A stretch of 27,624 bases of DNA from an uncultured Actinomycetes bacterium. GTDB taxonomy: Bacteria > Actinomycetota > Acidimicrobiia > Acidimicrobiales > RAAP-2. Location of the stretch: positions 1-27,624 of the forward strand of contig CAITOG010000390.1 of assembly GCA_903893955.1 (NCBI GenBank), given 5' to 3'. The position numbers and the translations under genes were made by a program. Each line of letters begins with the position of its first letter. Position 1 is the first letter of the stretch. The notes below the pieces were generated by a model. That model had not been told where the DNA came from, searched no databases, and saw nothing but the letters and a program-made list of their open reading frames with translations. Below, piece after piece: positions 17,695-27,624 of the stretch.

Positions 17695-17745
17695 CTCTCC
17701 AACCTAGACGGCACGCCCCGGGCGCCATCGCTCGTCTGTCGGCCC

Positions 17746-17780
17746 TAGGCTTGCCCTCAGCACGACTCACCAGAAGGAGG
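17746..17780 (+). promoter_or_regulatory. pspA -10 (TAGGCT) and Shine-Dalgarno (AAGGAGG)
   Basis: TAGGCT at 17746-17751 and AAGGAGG at 17774-17780, 5 nt before GTG 17786. Confidence 0.5.
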
Positions 17781-17785
17781 CCCCC

Positions 17786-18529
17786 GTGGCCGGAGTGTTC
17801 AGCCGCATCAGCACGATCTTCCAGGCCAAGACCAACAAGGCCCTGAACAAGATCGAAGACCCCCGTGAGACGCTCGATCTCTCCTATGAGAAGCAGCTCG
17901 ACAGCCTGACCAAGGTCAAGAAGGCGGTGGCCGACGTCGCCACGTCCCGCAAGCGCATCGAGCTCCAGGCCGCAGAGCTCCAGAAGCAGGGCGACAAGCT
18001 CCAGAGCCAAGCCAAGGCCGCGCTCGAGCAGGGCAACGAGGATCTCGCCCGCGAGGCCCTCAGCCGCCGAGCCGCCATCGGCGAGCAGCTCACCGACCTC
18101 GAGCAGCAGCACGCCCAGGTCGCCGAGCAGGAGCAGAAGCTCATCGCGACCTCTCAGCAGCTCCAGGCCCGGGTCGAGCAGTTCCGCACCAAGAAGGAGA
18201 CCATCAAGGCCACCTACACCGCGGCAGAGGCTGAGACCAAGATCTCAGAGGCGGTTACGGGCATCTCCGATTCGATGGGCGACGCAGGCCAGGCCATGAC
18301 GAGAGCGCAGGACAAGATCTCCGAGATGCAGGCACGAGCCGGGGCGATGGATGAGCTGCTCAGCTCAGGCGCCCTCACCGACCTGTCCCAGCCGGTCGAC
18401 GACATCCAGGCGCAGCTCGACAAGGCGTCGACCACATCCGCTGTGGACGCTGAGCTCGCTGCGCTCAAGGCGGAGCTCGGCACCTCAGCACCGGCTGCCG
18501 AGCTCGACGAGGGGGAGGCCAAGGCCTGA
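17786..18529 (+). CDS. pspA: PspA/IM30 family protein
   Basis: N-terminal amphipathic helix, EDPRETLDLSYE, long coiled coil, ARAGAMDEL, C-terminal VDAELAALKAEL. Confidence 0.93.
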   Translation: MAGVFSRISTIFQAKTNKALNKIEDPRETLDLSYEKQLDSLTKVKKAVADVATSRKRIELQAAELQKQGDKLQSQAKAALEQGNEDLAREALSRRAAIGEQLTDLEQQHAQVAEQEQKLIATSQQLQARVEQFRTKKETIKATYTAAEAETKISEAVTGISDSMGDAGQAMTRAQDKISEMQARAGAMDELLSSGALTDLSQPVDDIQAQLDKASTTSAVDAELAALKAELGTSAPAAELDEGEAKA

Positions 18530-19443
18530 TGGCCTTCGCCAAGAACATCGAGACAGACCGGGGGCTCTCGGCGCGGATGCTCCTGACAGGGCTCTTCCTC
18601 GTCATCTTGTGGGGAATCCTCGGTGCCGTCCTCGTCGCCGTCGGCGTCGGCCTCGCCCTGGTGGTGGTGATCGAGATCGCCGTGATCTTCGGGCAGTACT
18701 GGTTCTCCGACAAGATCGCCCTCTTCGGCATGGGTGGCCGGATCGTCACCCCAGAGGAGGAACCCAAGCTGCACGCCATCGTGGATCGCCTCTGCGCGAT
18801 GGCCGACATGCCCAAGCCACGGGTCGCCATCGCCACGACCGACATGCCCAACGCCTTCGCCACCGGCCGGAGTCCGAAGACTGCCGTGGTCTGCGCGACG
18901 ACGGGGCTGATGTCACGACTGAGCGACGAGGAGCTCGAAGCTGTCCTCGCGCATGAGCTCTCTCACGTGGCGCATCGCGACGTGGCGGTGATGACCATCG
19001 CATCAAGCGTGGGCATGCTCGCCGGCCTCCTGACCCGAGTGGCGCTGTGGAGCTCGATCTTCACCGGCAATGACAACAACAACCAGGGAGCGGCTGCAGC
19101 CGAGCTGCTGGTGATGCTGGTCTCAATCGTCGTCTACTTCATCAGCTTCCTGCTGACCTTGGCGCTCTCACGCTATCGAGAGCTGGCCGCAGACCGGTCT
19201 GGTGCCATCCTGATCGGCCGGCCATCGCTGCTAGCCGCTGCGCTGGTCAAGATCACCGGCGAGATGTCGAAGATCCCCCAGAAGGACCTCCGCAAGTCAG
19301 AGGCGTTCAACGCCTTCTTCTTCACCCCGGCGATCAACGGCAAGCAGGGCCAGAGCCTCGCCAACCTCTTCTCGACGCACCCTTCGCTGGAGCGCCGCCT
19401 CGCCCAGCTCGATGAGCTCGAGCGGCAGCTCGGACAGGGATAG
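18529..19443 (+). CDS. htpX: Membrane zinc metalloprotease HtpX (M48)
   Basis: PNAFATGR, AVLAHELSH (HExxH), SRYRELAADR, STHP, several TM helices. TGATG coupling to pspA. Confidence 0.95.
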   Translation: MAFAKNIETDRGLSARMLLTGLFLVILWGILGAVLVAVGVGLALVVVIEIAVIFGQYWFSDKIALFGMGGRIVTPEEEPKLHAIVDRLCAMADMPKPRVAIATTDMPNAFATGRSPKTAVVCATTGLMSRLSDEELEAVLAHELSHVAHRDVAVMTIASSVGMLAGLLTRVALWSSIFTGNDNNNQGAAAAELLVMLVSIVVYFISFLLTLALSRYRELAADRSGAILIGRPSLLAAALVKITGEMSKIPQKDLRKSEAFNAFFFTPAINGKQGQSLANLFSTHPSLERRLAQLDELERQLGQG

Positions 19444-19453
19444 GCGAGCGCTC

Positions 19454-20041
19454 GTGGGCCTTTTCGACACCCTGCTGGGTCGAACCAAACAGGTCACTCC
19501 AAACCTCGATGCGCTCTTCGCCCTCCCGTCGGCTGCGGTCACCTTGGAGCTCCAGTCTGGGCTCGTCTCCACGGGAAGCGCTGGCGTCTGCTGGCGACCA
19601 CCGGCGGGACAAGCCTCAGCAGATGTCCAGGATGAGATCTCCAAGCTCCTCGAGATGGACGACCAGGATCCGAGCACACCAGCACTGCGCAGCGTCGAGG
19701 ACGACCTCGGCTACCGCTGGCTGCTCGTCGACGGCGAGAGCCTCGACGACCTCGTGACGAGGGCCCACCAAGCCAACTCGCTACTCAAGGAGTCAGGGTG
19801 GGGACCCCAGCTGCTCTGCACGGTCTTCGGCTTCGTCCCCAAGGCTGGCGCCGACGCGTCAGCTGTCCCGTCCTATCTCGTCTACCTCTTCAAGAGAGGC
19901 ACGTTCTATCCCTTCTGTCCGACAGGCCCCGACAGCCGCGACAACGAGGCCGAGCTGCGATTGCGTGCGGTGCTGACCGGCGACCTGCCGCTTGAGAGCG
20001 ACCTGGGGCGCTGGATGGCGCTCTGGGGACTCCCCGTCTAG
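19454..20041 (+). CDS. pspAB: PspA-associated protein PspAB
   Basis: MGLFDTLLGR..NLDALFALPSAA..DDLGYRW..GPQLLC..YLVYLFKRGTFYPF..RDNEAELR, in the typical position after htpX. Confidence 0.8.
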   Translation: MGLFDTLLGRTKQVTPNLDALFALPSAAVTLELQSGLVSTGSAGVCWRPPAGQASADVQDEISKLLEMDDQDPSTPALRSVEDDLGYRWLLVDGESLDDLVTRAHQANSLLKESGWGPQLLCTVFGFVPKAGADASAVPSYLVYLFKRGTFYPFCPTGPDSRDNEAELRLRAVLTGDLPLESDLGRWMALWGLPV

Positions 20042-20096
20042 TCCTCTGCCCTGTCGTCACACAGTTGTCACGAACCACCTCGCTACCATTGGCGCG

Positions 20097-20852
20097 ATGA
20101 GCTCCTCCACCGACAAGCCCGCACGCCTGATCGGCCTGGCAGGGACCGTGAACTTCCGAGACATCGGCGGCTACCCGACCTCGGATGGTCGAAGCGTCAC
20201 GTGGGAGACTCTCTTTCGAGCCGACTCTCTCAACCGTCTGACCTCAGGTGACCACGCAGAGATCAGGCGGCTGGGCATCGCCACCGTCATCGACCTGCGC
20301 ACCACCGCTGAGGTCGAGGAGGGCCACTTCGACGCCGAGACGACACCTGTCGACTTCCTCCACCTCCCGCTCATGGAGTCGGTGCCAGATCCCGAGGCCT
20401 TCCGAACGCAGCCCGGGCTGTTGTCGTCGACCTATGTCGAGATGCTCGACACCGCCGGTGCGCACGTGGTGAGCGCCATCGAGGCCCTCGCTTCGCCAGG
20501 TGGGCTTCCGGCCATCGTCCACTGCACAGCGGGCAAGGACCGCACCGGCGTGCTCATCGCCCTCGTCCTCGGCTTGCTCGGCGTCGACGACGAGCTGATC
20601 GTCGAGGACTACGCGCTCAGTGCAGCGTCGATGCACCAGCTCAAGGAGCGGCTCGCCGAGCGCTACCCAGATGCTGCCGACGAGATCCTCGCTGCCGACG
20701 AGGTGTTCTCCGCTGCCCCTGAGAACATGGAGCACCTCCTCACCACCATCACGGCGCGCTGGGGCTCGACCGAGGCGTTGGCGCTCGATCTCGGGATCAG
20801 CGAGCAGACCATCGCTCAGTTGCGCGCCGCTCTCCTCGAGCCTCTCCGCTGA
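20097..20852 (+). CDS. Tyrosine/phosphoinositide phosphatase (MptpB-like, Y_phosphatase3)
   Basis: NFRDIGGY, LFRAD, VIDLRT, P-loop VHCTAGKDRTG, DYALS. Confidence 0.9.
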   Translation: MSSSTDKPARLIGLAGTVNFRDIGGYPTSDGRSVTWETLFRADSLNRLTSGDHAEIRRLGIATVIDLRTTAEVEEGHFDAETTPVDFLHLPLMESVPDPEAFRTQPGLLSSTYVEMLDTAGAHVVSAIEALASPGGLPAIVHCTAGKDRTGVLIALVLGLLGVDDELIVEDYALSAASMHQLKERLAERYPDAADEILAADEVFSAAPENMEHLLTTITARWGSTEALALDLGISEQTIAQLRAALLEPLR

Positions 20853-21128
20853 CGATCGACTCCACCGTGAGCGCGAGCTCGACGTCGAGCTTCGTCAGCC
20901 CCCCGACATCATGGGTCCAGAGCTCGAGGCGGACAAGGTCGTAGCGAAGCTCGATGTTGGGGTGGTGATCGAGCTCCTCAGCCAGCGCCCCGACGGCCAC
21001 GACGAAGCCCAGCGCCTGGGCAAACCCGGCGAAGTGGTGGACCAACATGAGATGCCCCTGCTCGATCGACCAGCTGGTCCCTCTGAGTGCGACCTCCACC
21101 TCCTCCTCGGAGAGCGGGAGCGGCCTAG

Positions 21129-21132
<4 letters not shown>
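20797..21132 (-). CDS. Pterin-4a-carbinolamine dehydratase
   Basis: [40 protein letters not shown] overlap with the fumC stop. Confidence 0.9.
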
Positions 21133-22514
<1,382 letters not shown>

Positions 22515-22689
22515 GTGCTCGACCTCCTGGTCCTTGGCGATTCGTCTTCGATCCCCCGACCTGCGATCTTCGTCGCCGCCGGGCACCTGCGCAAGATCAC
22601 AAGCGCGGCGGTCCGCCCCCACGCAACCGGCCACCATCGCCGGTAAGGTCAAGAGGGCAACCCACCTTGAATGAGAAGGAAGGCCCACG

Positions 22690-23097
22690 ATGGCTGACGT
22701 CCTGTCCACCCCAGCCCGCGAGCTGCTCGCACGACCAGTCCTCGCCTCGCTGGCGACCATCGCCGCTGATGGCAGCCCACAGATCACGCCGCTGTGGATC
22801 GACGTCGATGGTGACGACCTGCTGATCAACACCGCGCAGGGCCGTGCCAAGGCCCGGAACCTCGAGCGGAGCCCAAAGGTGGCGATCTGCGTGGTTGACC
22901 CCGAGAACCCCTACAACGTCGTCGCTGTCCACGGCACCGTAACTGAGATCACCACTGACGGAGCCGACGCTCACATCGACGCACTGGCCAAGAAGTACAT
23001 GGGCGTCGACGAGTACCCGATGCGGACCCCTGACGAGGTGCGGATCAAGGTCCGCATCCGGACCGACCGCATCGCCATGCAGACCCCAGACGCCTGA
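22690..23097 (+). CDS. PPOX-class F420-dependent oxidoreductase (split barrel)
   Basis: [45 protein letters not shown]. Confidence 0.88.
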   Translation: MADVLSTPARELLARPVLASLATIAADGSPQITPLWIDVDGDDLLINTAQGRAKARNLERSPKVAICVVDPENPYNVVAVHGTVTEITTDGADAHIDALAKKYMGVDEYPMRTPDEVRIKVRIRTDRIAMQTPDA

Positions 23098-23118
23098 GCG
23101 CCTGCTGGGCCGAGCGGC

Positions 23119-23673
23119 CTAGTTGATCTTGATCAGATCGACGATGAAAACCAAGGTGTCGTTCGCTGCGATTCCCGCGCCCGGCGAGTTGGAGCCGTAG
23201 CCGAGGGACGCAGGGATGATGAACTCCTTGCGCTCCCCTGCCTGCATTCCCACTAGGCCAGGGTCCCAGCCGGGGATGACCTCGCCGGCGCCCACATGTT
23301 GGACCACGAAGGGACCAGAGCCGTCGGTGTAGGACGACTGGATGACCTTGCCGGCCGAGTAGGTGGCGAGGGTGTAGTTGACCGTGACCGAGTCACCGTC
23401 CTTCACCTTTGGCCCTGAGCCCGGGATCAACGTGGCCACCTGCAGGGTCGTTGGTGGAGGCGAGGTGGGCACGACGACGGTGGGGAGCTTGCCCTGCGTG
23501 CCTGCTGGCGAGAGATCAGCAGCCGGGATGGTGCCAATCGCCACCGAGGGCGTCGACGTCACAGGAGCGCTCGTGGTCGTGCTCGACGCTGTCGACGACG
23601 AGCTTGAGCAGCCGGCAAGCAACCCTGCTGCAGCGATGACGCTGGTCACTGCGATGGTCCGAAACTTGGGCAC
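23119..23673 (-). CDS. FKBP-type peptidyl-prolyl isomerase, lipoprotein
   Basis: Lipobox LLAGC, Ser/Thr linker, GDSVTVNY, VIPGWD.GLVGM..GERKEFIIPASLGYG, TLVFIVDL. SD AAGGAG. Confidence 0.9.
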   Translation of the reverse strand: MPKFRTIAVTSVIAAAGLLAGCSSSSSTASSTTTSAPVTSTPSVAIGTIPAADLSPAGTQGKLPTVVVPTSPPPTTLQVATLIPGSGPKVKDGDSVTVNYTLATYSAGKVIQSSYTDGSGPFVVQHVGAGEVIPGWDPGLVGMQAGERKEFIIPASLGYGSNSPGAGIAANDTLVFIVDLIKIN

Positions 23674-23732
23674 AGACGCTCCTTGGTGTGGCGATCCGAC
23701 GGTCGGTTCGACCGACGACAGACCCTAACTGC

Positions 23733-24365
23733 TCAACGCAGCGACGTTGCTGCACCGTCCGGCGCTGCCGGCGAGACGACGATGGTCGTGGCGTCAGCTG
23801 GCGCCGTCGGCACATCTTGTCTGACCTCCTCGAACACGATGGTCCAGGGCACCGGCGCCGAGTCGCCGGGCTTGCGACCGAAGGCTCGCGGTGGGGACTG
23901 GCTCTGGTCGATCCTGAGAATCGGCGGTCCTCCCGGGCTCAACGGCGCGGGTCGGTTGGGCGCGTCCTGCACGTACTCGAAGGTGCCGCTCACGGTTGCT
24001 GGCCCACCGTCGAGCAGCGCCACGATCACAGCCTCTGCCTCAGACAGGTGCACCGGGTCTCCTCCGAGCAGCACCAGCCCGGTACGCCCCTCTGTCAGGT
24101 GGTCCACCGTCGTCAGCTCTCGGGCCATCACCGAGGCGCTGCGCCCGGTGCCGATCTCACAGCTCGCCGCGAGCACCGGCAGATCTGTCTCGCCTGCCAG
24201 CGCGCCGATGACGGCGAACGGGTCGAGCACCGATCTACCAGCCTCGAGGTCGCCTATCGCCACCGCCTCATAGCCAGCGCTCCCAGCCTGTCGGAGCCAG
24301 GCGACGAGGCTCTCGAAGGGTGCCGTCTCGTGCAGGTCGAGGCGGGGGGCCAGGAGCCACGCCAT
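23733..24365 (-). CDS. Degenerate, shortened luciferase-like (LLM) fold protein
   Basis: AGYEAVAIGD, DPFAVIGALA, ARELTTVDHLTEGR, SEA..VI.ALL.G.P.T.SG, GPPI. Only 210 aa. Starts 4 nt after the crotonase stop. Confidence 0.65.
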   Translation of the reverse strand: MAWLLAPRLDLHETAPFESLVAWLRQAGSAGYEAVAIGDLEAGRSVLDPFAVIGALAGETDLPVLAASCEIGTGRSASVMARELTTVDHLTEGRTGLVLLGGDPVHLSEAEAVIVALLDGGPATVSGTFEYVQDAPNRPAPLSPGGPPILRIDQSQSPPRAFGRKPGDSAPVPWTIVFEEVRQDVPTAPADATTIVVSPAAPDGAATSLR

Positions 24366-24369
24366 CTCG

Positions 24370-25152
24370 TCAGCGTCCCTCGAACTTTGGATCGCGACGC
24401 TCGAGGAACGCGGTGATCGCCTCAGCCGTGTCAGGAGAGTTGAAGTTGATGGCCTGCGCCCGGCTCTCATCCTCGAGCGCCTGGGCCATGGTGGCAGTGA
24501 AGGCGTTGTTCAACAGGCTCTTGGCAAGGCCGAGTGCCACCGTCGGCCCCGAGGCCAATCGTCGTGCGAGCGAGTCGGCAGCGTCATCGATCTCGTCGAC
24601 CGAGTGCAACTCGTTGATGAGGCCCATCCCGAGTGCAGCTCGGGCGTGGAGCAGCTCGCCCGAGTAGGTCAGCTCCTTGGCCCGTGCCATCCCGATCTGG
24701 CGGGGCAGGAGCCACGAGGCGCCCATATCGGGAGTGAGGCCGCGCTTGGCGAAGATCATGGAGAAACGCGCTCGCTCTGTCGCCACGATGAGATCACAGC
24801 CGAGGGCGAACGAGAGCCCCGCTCCCACCGCCATGCCGTCGACCTTGGCGACCGCAGGCTTGTTGAGATTGTGGAGCGCCATGGCGACGTCGTGGAGCCT
24901 GCGCATGCGGACGACGCCTGGCCTGGTCAGATCCATCATCGGCCCGTCGCCCGAGGTGAGGTCAGCGCCGGTGCAGAAGTTGCCGCCGGACCCGGTGAGC
25001 AGCAGGCAACGATCCGTGTCGGTGCGCTCGATCTCGATGAAGATCTCGAGGAGCTCCTCGAACATGGTGCCGTTCGCCGCGTTCTTCTTCTCTGGACGGT
25101 TCATCGTGACCGTCACGACGCCAGCATCCCTCTCGACGAGCAGGGTCTCCAT
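24370..25152 (-). CDS. Enoyl-CoA hydratase/isomerase, PaaG-like (Asp-type)
   Basis: TMNRPEKKNA, FCTGAD, GAGLSFALGCD (no Glu), GLTPDMG (Asp), GPTVALGLAK. ATG 25152 has SD AGGAGG. Confidence 0.88.
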   Translation of the reverse strand: METLLVERDAGVVTVTMNRPEKKNAANGTMFEELLEIFIEIERTDTDRCLLLTGSGGNFCTGADLTSGDGPMMDLTRPGVVRMRRLHDVAMALHNLNKPAVAKVDGMAVGAGLSFALGCDLIVATERARFSMIFAKRGLTPDMGASWLLPRQIGMARAKELTYSGELLHARAALGMGLINELHSVDEIDDAADSLARRLASGPTVALGLAKSLLNNAFTATMAQALEDESRAQAINFNSPDTAEAITAFLERRDPKFEGR

Positions 25153-25231
25153 GGGGACTCCTCCTGCGGGACCTCCCGCATCGACTCCAGACGTGGTCAA
25201 CCCTAGAGTGCGGGCGACTCGGGCGTGAGAG

Positions 25232-25534
25232 TCAGATCTCCTCGATCTCCTGCTCGGGCAGGCGTTCGATGTTCACGTCTTTGAAGGTGAGCACCCGAAC
25301 TGTCGGCACGAAGCGAGCAGGCCGGTACATGTCCCACACCCAGGCATCAGCGAGGTTGAGCTCGACCATCGGCGGCGTGGTGCCAGGGTGGACCGTGACC
25401 TCGACCTCGTTGCAGAGGTAGAACCGACGCTCGGTCTCCACGATGTGGGAGAACAGCCCGATGACGGCCTTGTACTCCTGGACGAGCTGAAGCTCGATGG
25501 TCGACTCGTAGCGCTCCAGGTCCTCCTCGCTCAT
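25232..25534 (-). CDS. DUF2469 family protein
   Basis: MSEEDLERYE..ELQL..EY..VETERRFYL..DAWVWDMYRPARFV..VRVLTFKDVNIE. Confidence 0.9.
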   Translation of the reverse strand: MSEEDLERYESTIELQLVQEYKAVIGLFSHIVETERRFYLCNEVEVTVHPGTTPPMVELNLADAWVWDMYRPARFVPTVRVLTFKDVNIERLPEQEIEEI

Positions 25535-25573
25535 GAGCGAGCGGCCCGTTCGGCGCCCAGCGGCCGCAGCGAC

Positions 25574-25927
25574 CTAGCTGCGGACAGTCCGACGCTCCTT
25601 GATCTTGGCGGCCTTCCCGTGAAGATCGCGAAGGTAGTAGAGCTTGGCTCGCCGAACGTCGCCATAGGAGACGACCTCGATCTTGGCGATCGTCGGTGCG
25701 TGGAGCGGGAAGGTCCGCTCGACGCCCACACCGAAGCTCACCTTGCGGACGGTGAAGGTCTCCTGGATGCCTGCACCCTGTCGACGGATGACGACGCCCT
25801 CGAAGACCTGGACACGCTCACGGGAGCCCTCGACCACGCGCACGTGGACCTTGAGCGAGTCACCTGGACGGAAATCCGGGATGTCATCTCGCAGCGAGTC
25901 TCGGTCGATCAGTTCGGTGGGGTGCAT
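25574..25927 (-). CDS. rplS: 50S ribosomal protein L19
   Basis: [56 protein letters not shown]. Confidence 0.98.
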   Translation of the reverse strand: MHPTELIDRDSLRDDIPDFRPGDSLKVHVRVVEGSRERVQVFEGVVIRRQGAGIQETFTVRKVSFGVGVERTFPLHAPTIAKIEVVSYGDVRRAKLYYLRDLHGKAAKIKERRTVRS

Positions 25928-25971
25928 GGCGAAATCCTCATGTCCTCGTCGGGAGGGGTGGACGCAACATG

Positions 25972-26730
25972 TTAGCCCGTCTGAGAGGGCGGCTCCACCT
26001 CAGGGTAGGTGGCAAGCAACTCACGATCCTCGTCGTCTAAGCCCCCCCTGGCCTCGATGAGGTCTGGCCGGACATGGATCGTCCGTCGCAGCGCCGCTGC
26101 TCGACGCCATGCGGCGACCTTGGCGTGATCGCCGCTCCGCAGGATCGCAGGCGCCTCCATGCCTCGGAAGCTCGCAGGCTTGGTCCACTGCGGGTACTCG
26201 AGCAGGCCGGCGGCGAAGCTCTCGTCGCTCGAGGATGCGTCGTTGCCAAGAACTCCTGGCACGAGCCTCGCCGTCGCCTCGATCACAGCCAGTGCCGCGA
26301 TCTCGCCACCGGCCAAGACGAAGTCGCCGACCGAGAGCTCCTCATCGACGAGGTCATCGAGGATCCGCTGGTCGATCCCTTCATAACGGCCGCACAGCAG
26401 CGAGAACGAACCCAGGCTCGCCAGCCGCTCCGCCTGGTGCTGGTCGAACCTGCGACCGTGGGGCACCAGGGCAATCAGAGGTCGGGCACCGCCGACCGCT
26501 GTCTGCCTGGCCTCAACAGCGTTGTAGACCGGCTCTGCCATGAGGACCATGCCCGCGCCACCGCCGAAGGGCGTGTCATCGACGGTGCCTCGCTCATCGC
26601 TGGCGCCGTCTCGCAGGTTGATCGCCGTGACATCGAGGAGGCCCGCCTTCTGCGCCCTGCCGAGGATGGTCGCGCTGCAGTAACCATCGATGAGCTCGGG
26701 GAACAAGGTGAAGACGTCGACGCGCAGCAT
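25972..26730 (-). CDS. trmD: tRNA (guanine37-N1)-methyltransferase
   Basis: [58 protein letters not shown]. Confidence 0.98.
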   Translation of the reverse strand: MLRVDVFTLFPELIDGYCSATILGRAQKAGLLDVTAINLRDGASDERGTVDDTPFGGGAGMVLMAEPVYNAVEARQTAVGGARPLIALVPHGRRFDQHQAERLASLGSFSLLCGRYEGIDQRILDDLVDEELSVGDFVLAGGEIAALAVIEATARLVPGVLGNDASSSDESFAAGLLEYPQWTKPASFRGMEAPAILRSGDHAKVAAWRRAAALRRTIHVRPDLIEARGGLDDEDRELLATYPEVEPPSQTG

Positions 26731-26733
26731 GAA

Positions 26734-27201
26734 TCAGCCGAAGAGGCCTTCAGGCGGGTCGATCACGATCCGCTCGTGCGGCGTGTGCTCGACCAAGAAG
26801 GTCAGCGGCACGAGCGCTCCAGATTCGAGCACCAGCAGATCGCTGGCCGGATTTGCCTCGACGAGCTCGACCCGACCGACCGAGACCCCTTCCAAGGTCA
26901 CCACCTCACAACCGATCAGCTCGTGGACCAGCAGCTCACCCTCCACCTCGGTGGGTTCTGCGAGGAGCACCTTGCCCCGAAGCGCCTCGGCGGGCGTGCG
27001 GTCATTGACTCCCTCGAAGTGCACGAGGTAGCGGTCCTGGTAGAGCTGCGAGGAACGGACGACGAGCTCTTTGCCTTCGACCTGGAGCACCGAGCCCGGC
27101 GAGAGACGATCTGCGACGTCACTCCACAGAAGGACCAGCACATCTCCGCGGAGACCATGAGCCTTAGTGATCCGACCGACCTCCAGCAGGTCGACGGTCA
27201 T
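26734..27201 (-). CDS. rimM: 16S rRNA processing protein RimM
   Basis: EVGRITKAHGLRGDV, FEGVNDRTPAEALRG, HELIGCEV, DPPEGL. Start trimmed to ATG 27201. Confidence 0.95.
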   Translation of the reverse strand: MTVDLLEVGRITKAHGLRGDVLVLLWSDVADRLSPGSVLQVEGKELVVRSSQLYQDRYLVHFEGVNDRTPAEALRGKVLLAEPTEVEGELLVHELIGCEVVTLEGVSVGRVELVEANPASDLLVLESGALVPLTFLVEHTPHERIVIDPPEGLFG

Positions 27202-27208
27202 CGACGGG

Positions 27209-27535
27209 TCAGTCGTCGACGATGTCGACGTTGGTGCGCGTCTCGGTGCGAGCACCTGCGACTGCGACCAGGGCACGGATCGCCTGCGCGGTCCGGCCAC
27301 GACGACCGATCACGCGGCCCATGTCGTCCGGTCCCACGTGGAGGCGGAGCTTGAGCTCGCCGCCACGCTGATCGGCCTCGACCACCACAGCGTCGGGCTC
27401 ACGTGTGAGCTGCCGTGCGAGATAGGTCAAGACTGCCTCTGGCATCGAACCGCCGGCCTCGTTGCCGAGGTTGTCGTCAGCGTGATCGACGTCGTCGATG
27501 ATGGTGTTGATGTCGCCTGCCTCGTAGTCGCTCAC
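27209..27535 (-). CDS. khpA: KH-domain RNA-binding protein KhpA with an acidic N-terminal extension
   Basis: LHVGPDDMGRVIGRRGRTAQAIR (GxxG motif), located between rpsP and rimM. GTGA overlap with rpsP. Confidence 0.92.
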   Translation of the reverse strand: MSDYEAGDINTIIDDVDHADDNLGNEAGGSMPEAVLTYLARQLTREPDAVVVEADQRGGELKLRLHVGPDDMGRVIGRRGRTAQAIRALVAVAGARTETRTNVDIVDD

Positions 27536-27624
27536 TTGGCGGCCTTGGAGGACTCGAACTGCTCCCAGGCGCCGGACTTCTTCAGCAGCACCTCGACTCG
27601 CTCGGTCGGCTGCGCACCGTTGAG
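27532..27624 (-). CDS. rpsP: 30S ribosomal protein S16, 3' end only (continues past the window edge)
   Basis: Manual translation LNGAQPTERVEVLLKKSGAWEQFESSKAAK* contains the S16 GAQPT motif, in canonical synteny. Confidence 0.9.
   Translation of the reverse strand, partial: LNGAQPTERVEVLLKKSGAWEQFESSKAAK

Noticed and set aside
17695-17745. SigR promoter upstream of mca (as in Streptomyces)
   Set aside because: GTT is present, but the -35 position reads GGCGC rather than GGAAT. A housekeeping TAGGTT leaderless promoter fits better.
22515-22850. Long N-terminal extension of fumC (ORF-track start 22850)
   Set aside because: It overlaps the divergent PPOX gene. A strong SD supports GTG 22514.
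23699-23716. GTCGGT-TCG-ACCGAC hairpin as a terminator or RNA element
   Set aside because: Short 6-bp stem with no U-tract, lying in the probable FKBP 5' leader. Not distinguishable from chance.
26074-27354. 426-aa plus-strand ORF
   Set aside because: Antisense shadow across trmD, rimM and khpA.

Overview
GC-rich actinobacterial chromosome segment, most likely class Acidimicrobiia (inferred from the gene set: Mca, F420-dependent enzymes, DUF2469, archaeal/eukaryote-type ProRS, PspA-HtpX-PspAB). It holds about 35 densely packed CDSs and one tRNA-Gly(TCC). I see no integrase, transposase, CRISPR array or long repeat. Left part: EchA12-like crotonase, group II truncated hemoglobin, tRNA-Gly, a GDXG esterase, a Zn-ADH, and an exported alpha/beta hydrolase paired with an MFS transporter that carries a ~135 aa extracytoplasmic insert. 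Middle: PAP2 phosphatase, a single-Cys DsbA-fold protein behind a textbook SigR/SigH promoter, an F420 LLM enzyme, a sulfite reductase-cobA-sirC operon, purK-purE-YdjC-like, proS, mca and a psp locus. Right: protein-tyrosine-phosphatase-like gene, pterin dehydratase, fumC, PPOX-F420 enzyme, FKBP lipoprotein, a degenerate mini-LLM, a PaaG-like crotonase and the rpsP-khpA-rimM-trmD-rplS-DUF2469 operon. This is mostly core/metabolic genome and I cannot support a clearly new large system. The best leads are a probable leaderless uORF coupled to purK, the MFS/exported-hydrolase pair, the SigR-driven monothiol DsbA-like gene, and two apparent pseudo-enzymes (YdjC-like and mini-LLM). All family assignments come from motif recognition by eye, not database searches.
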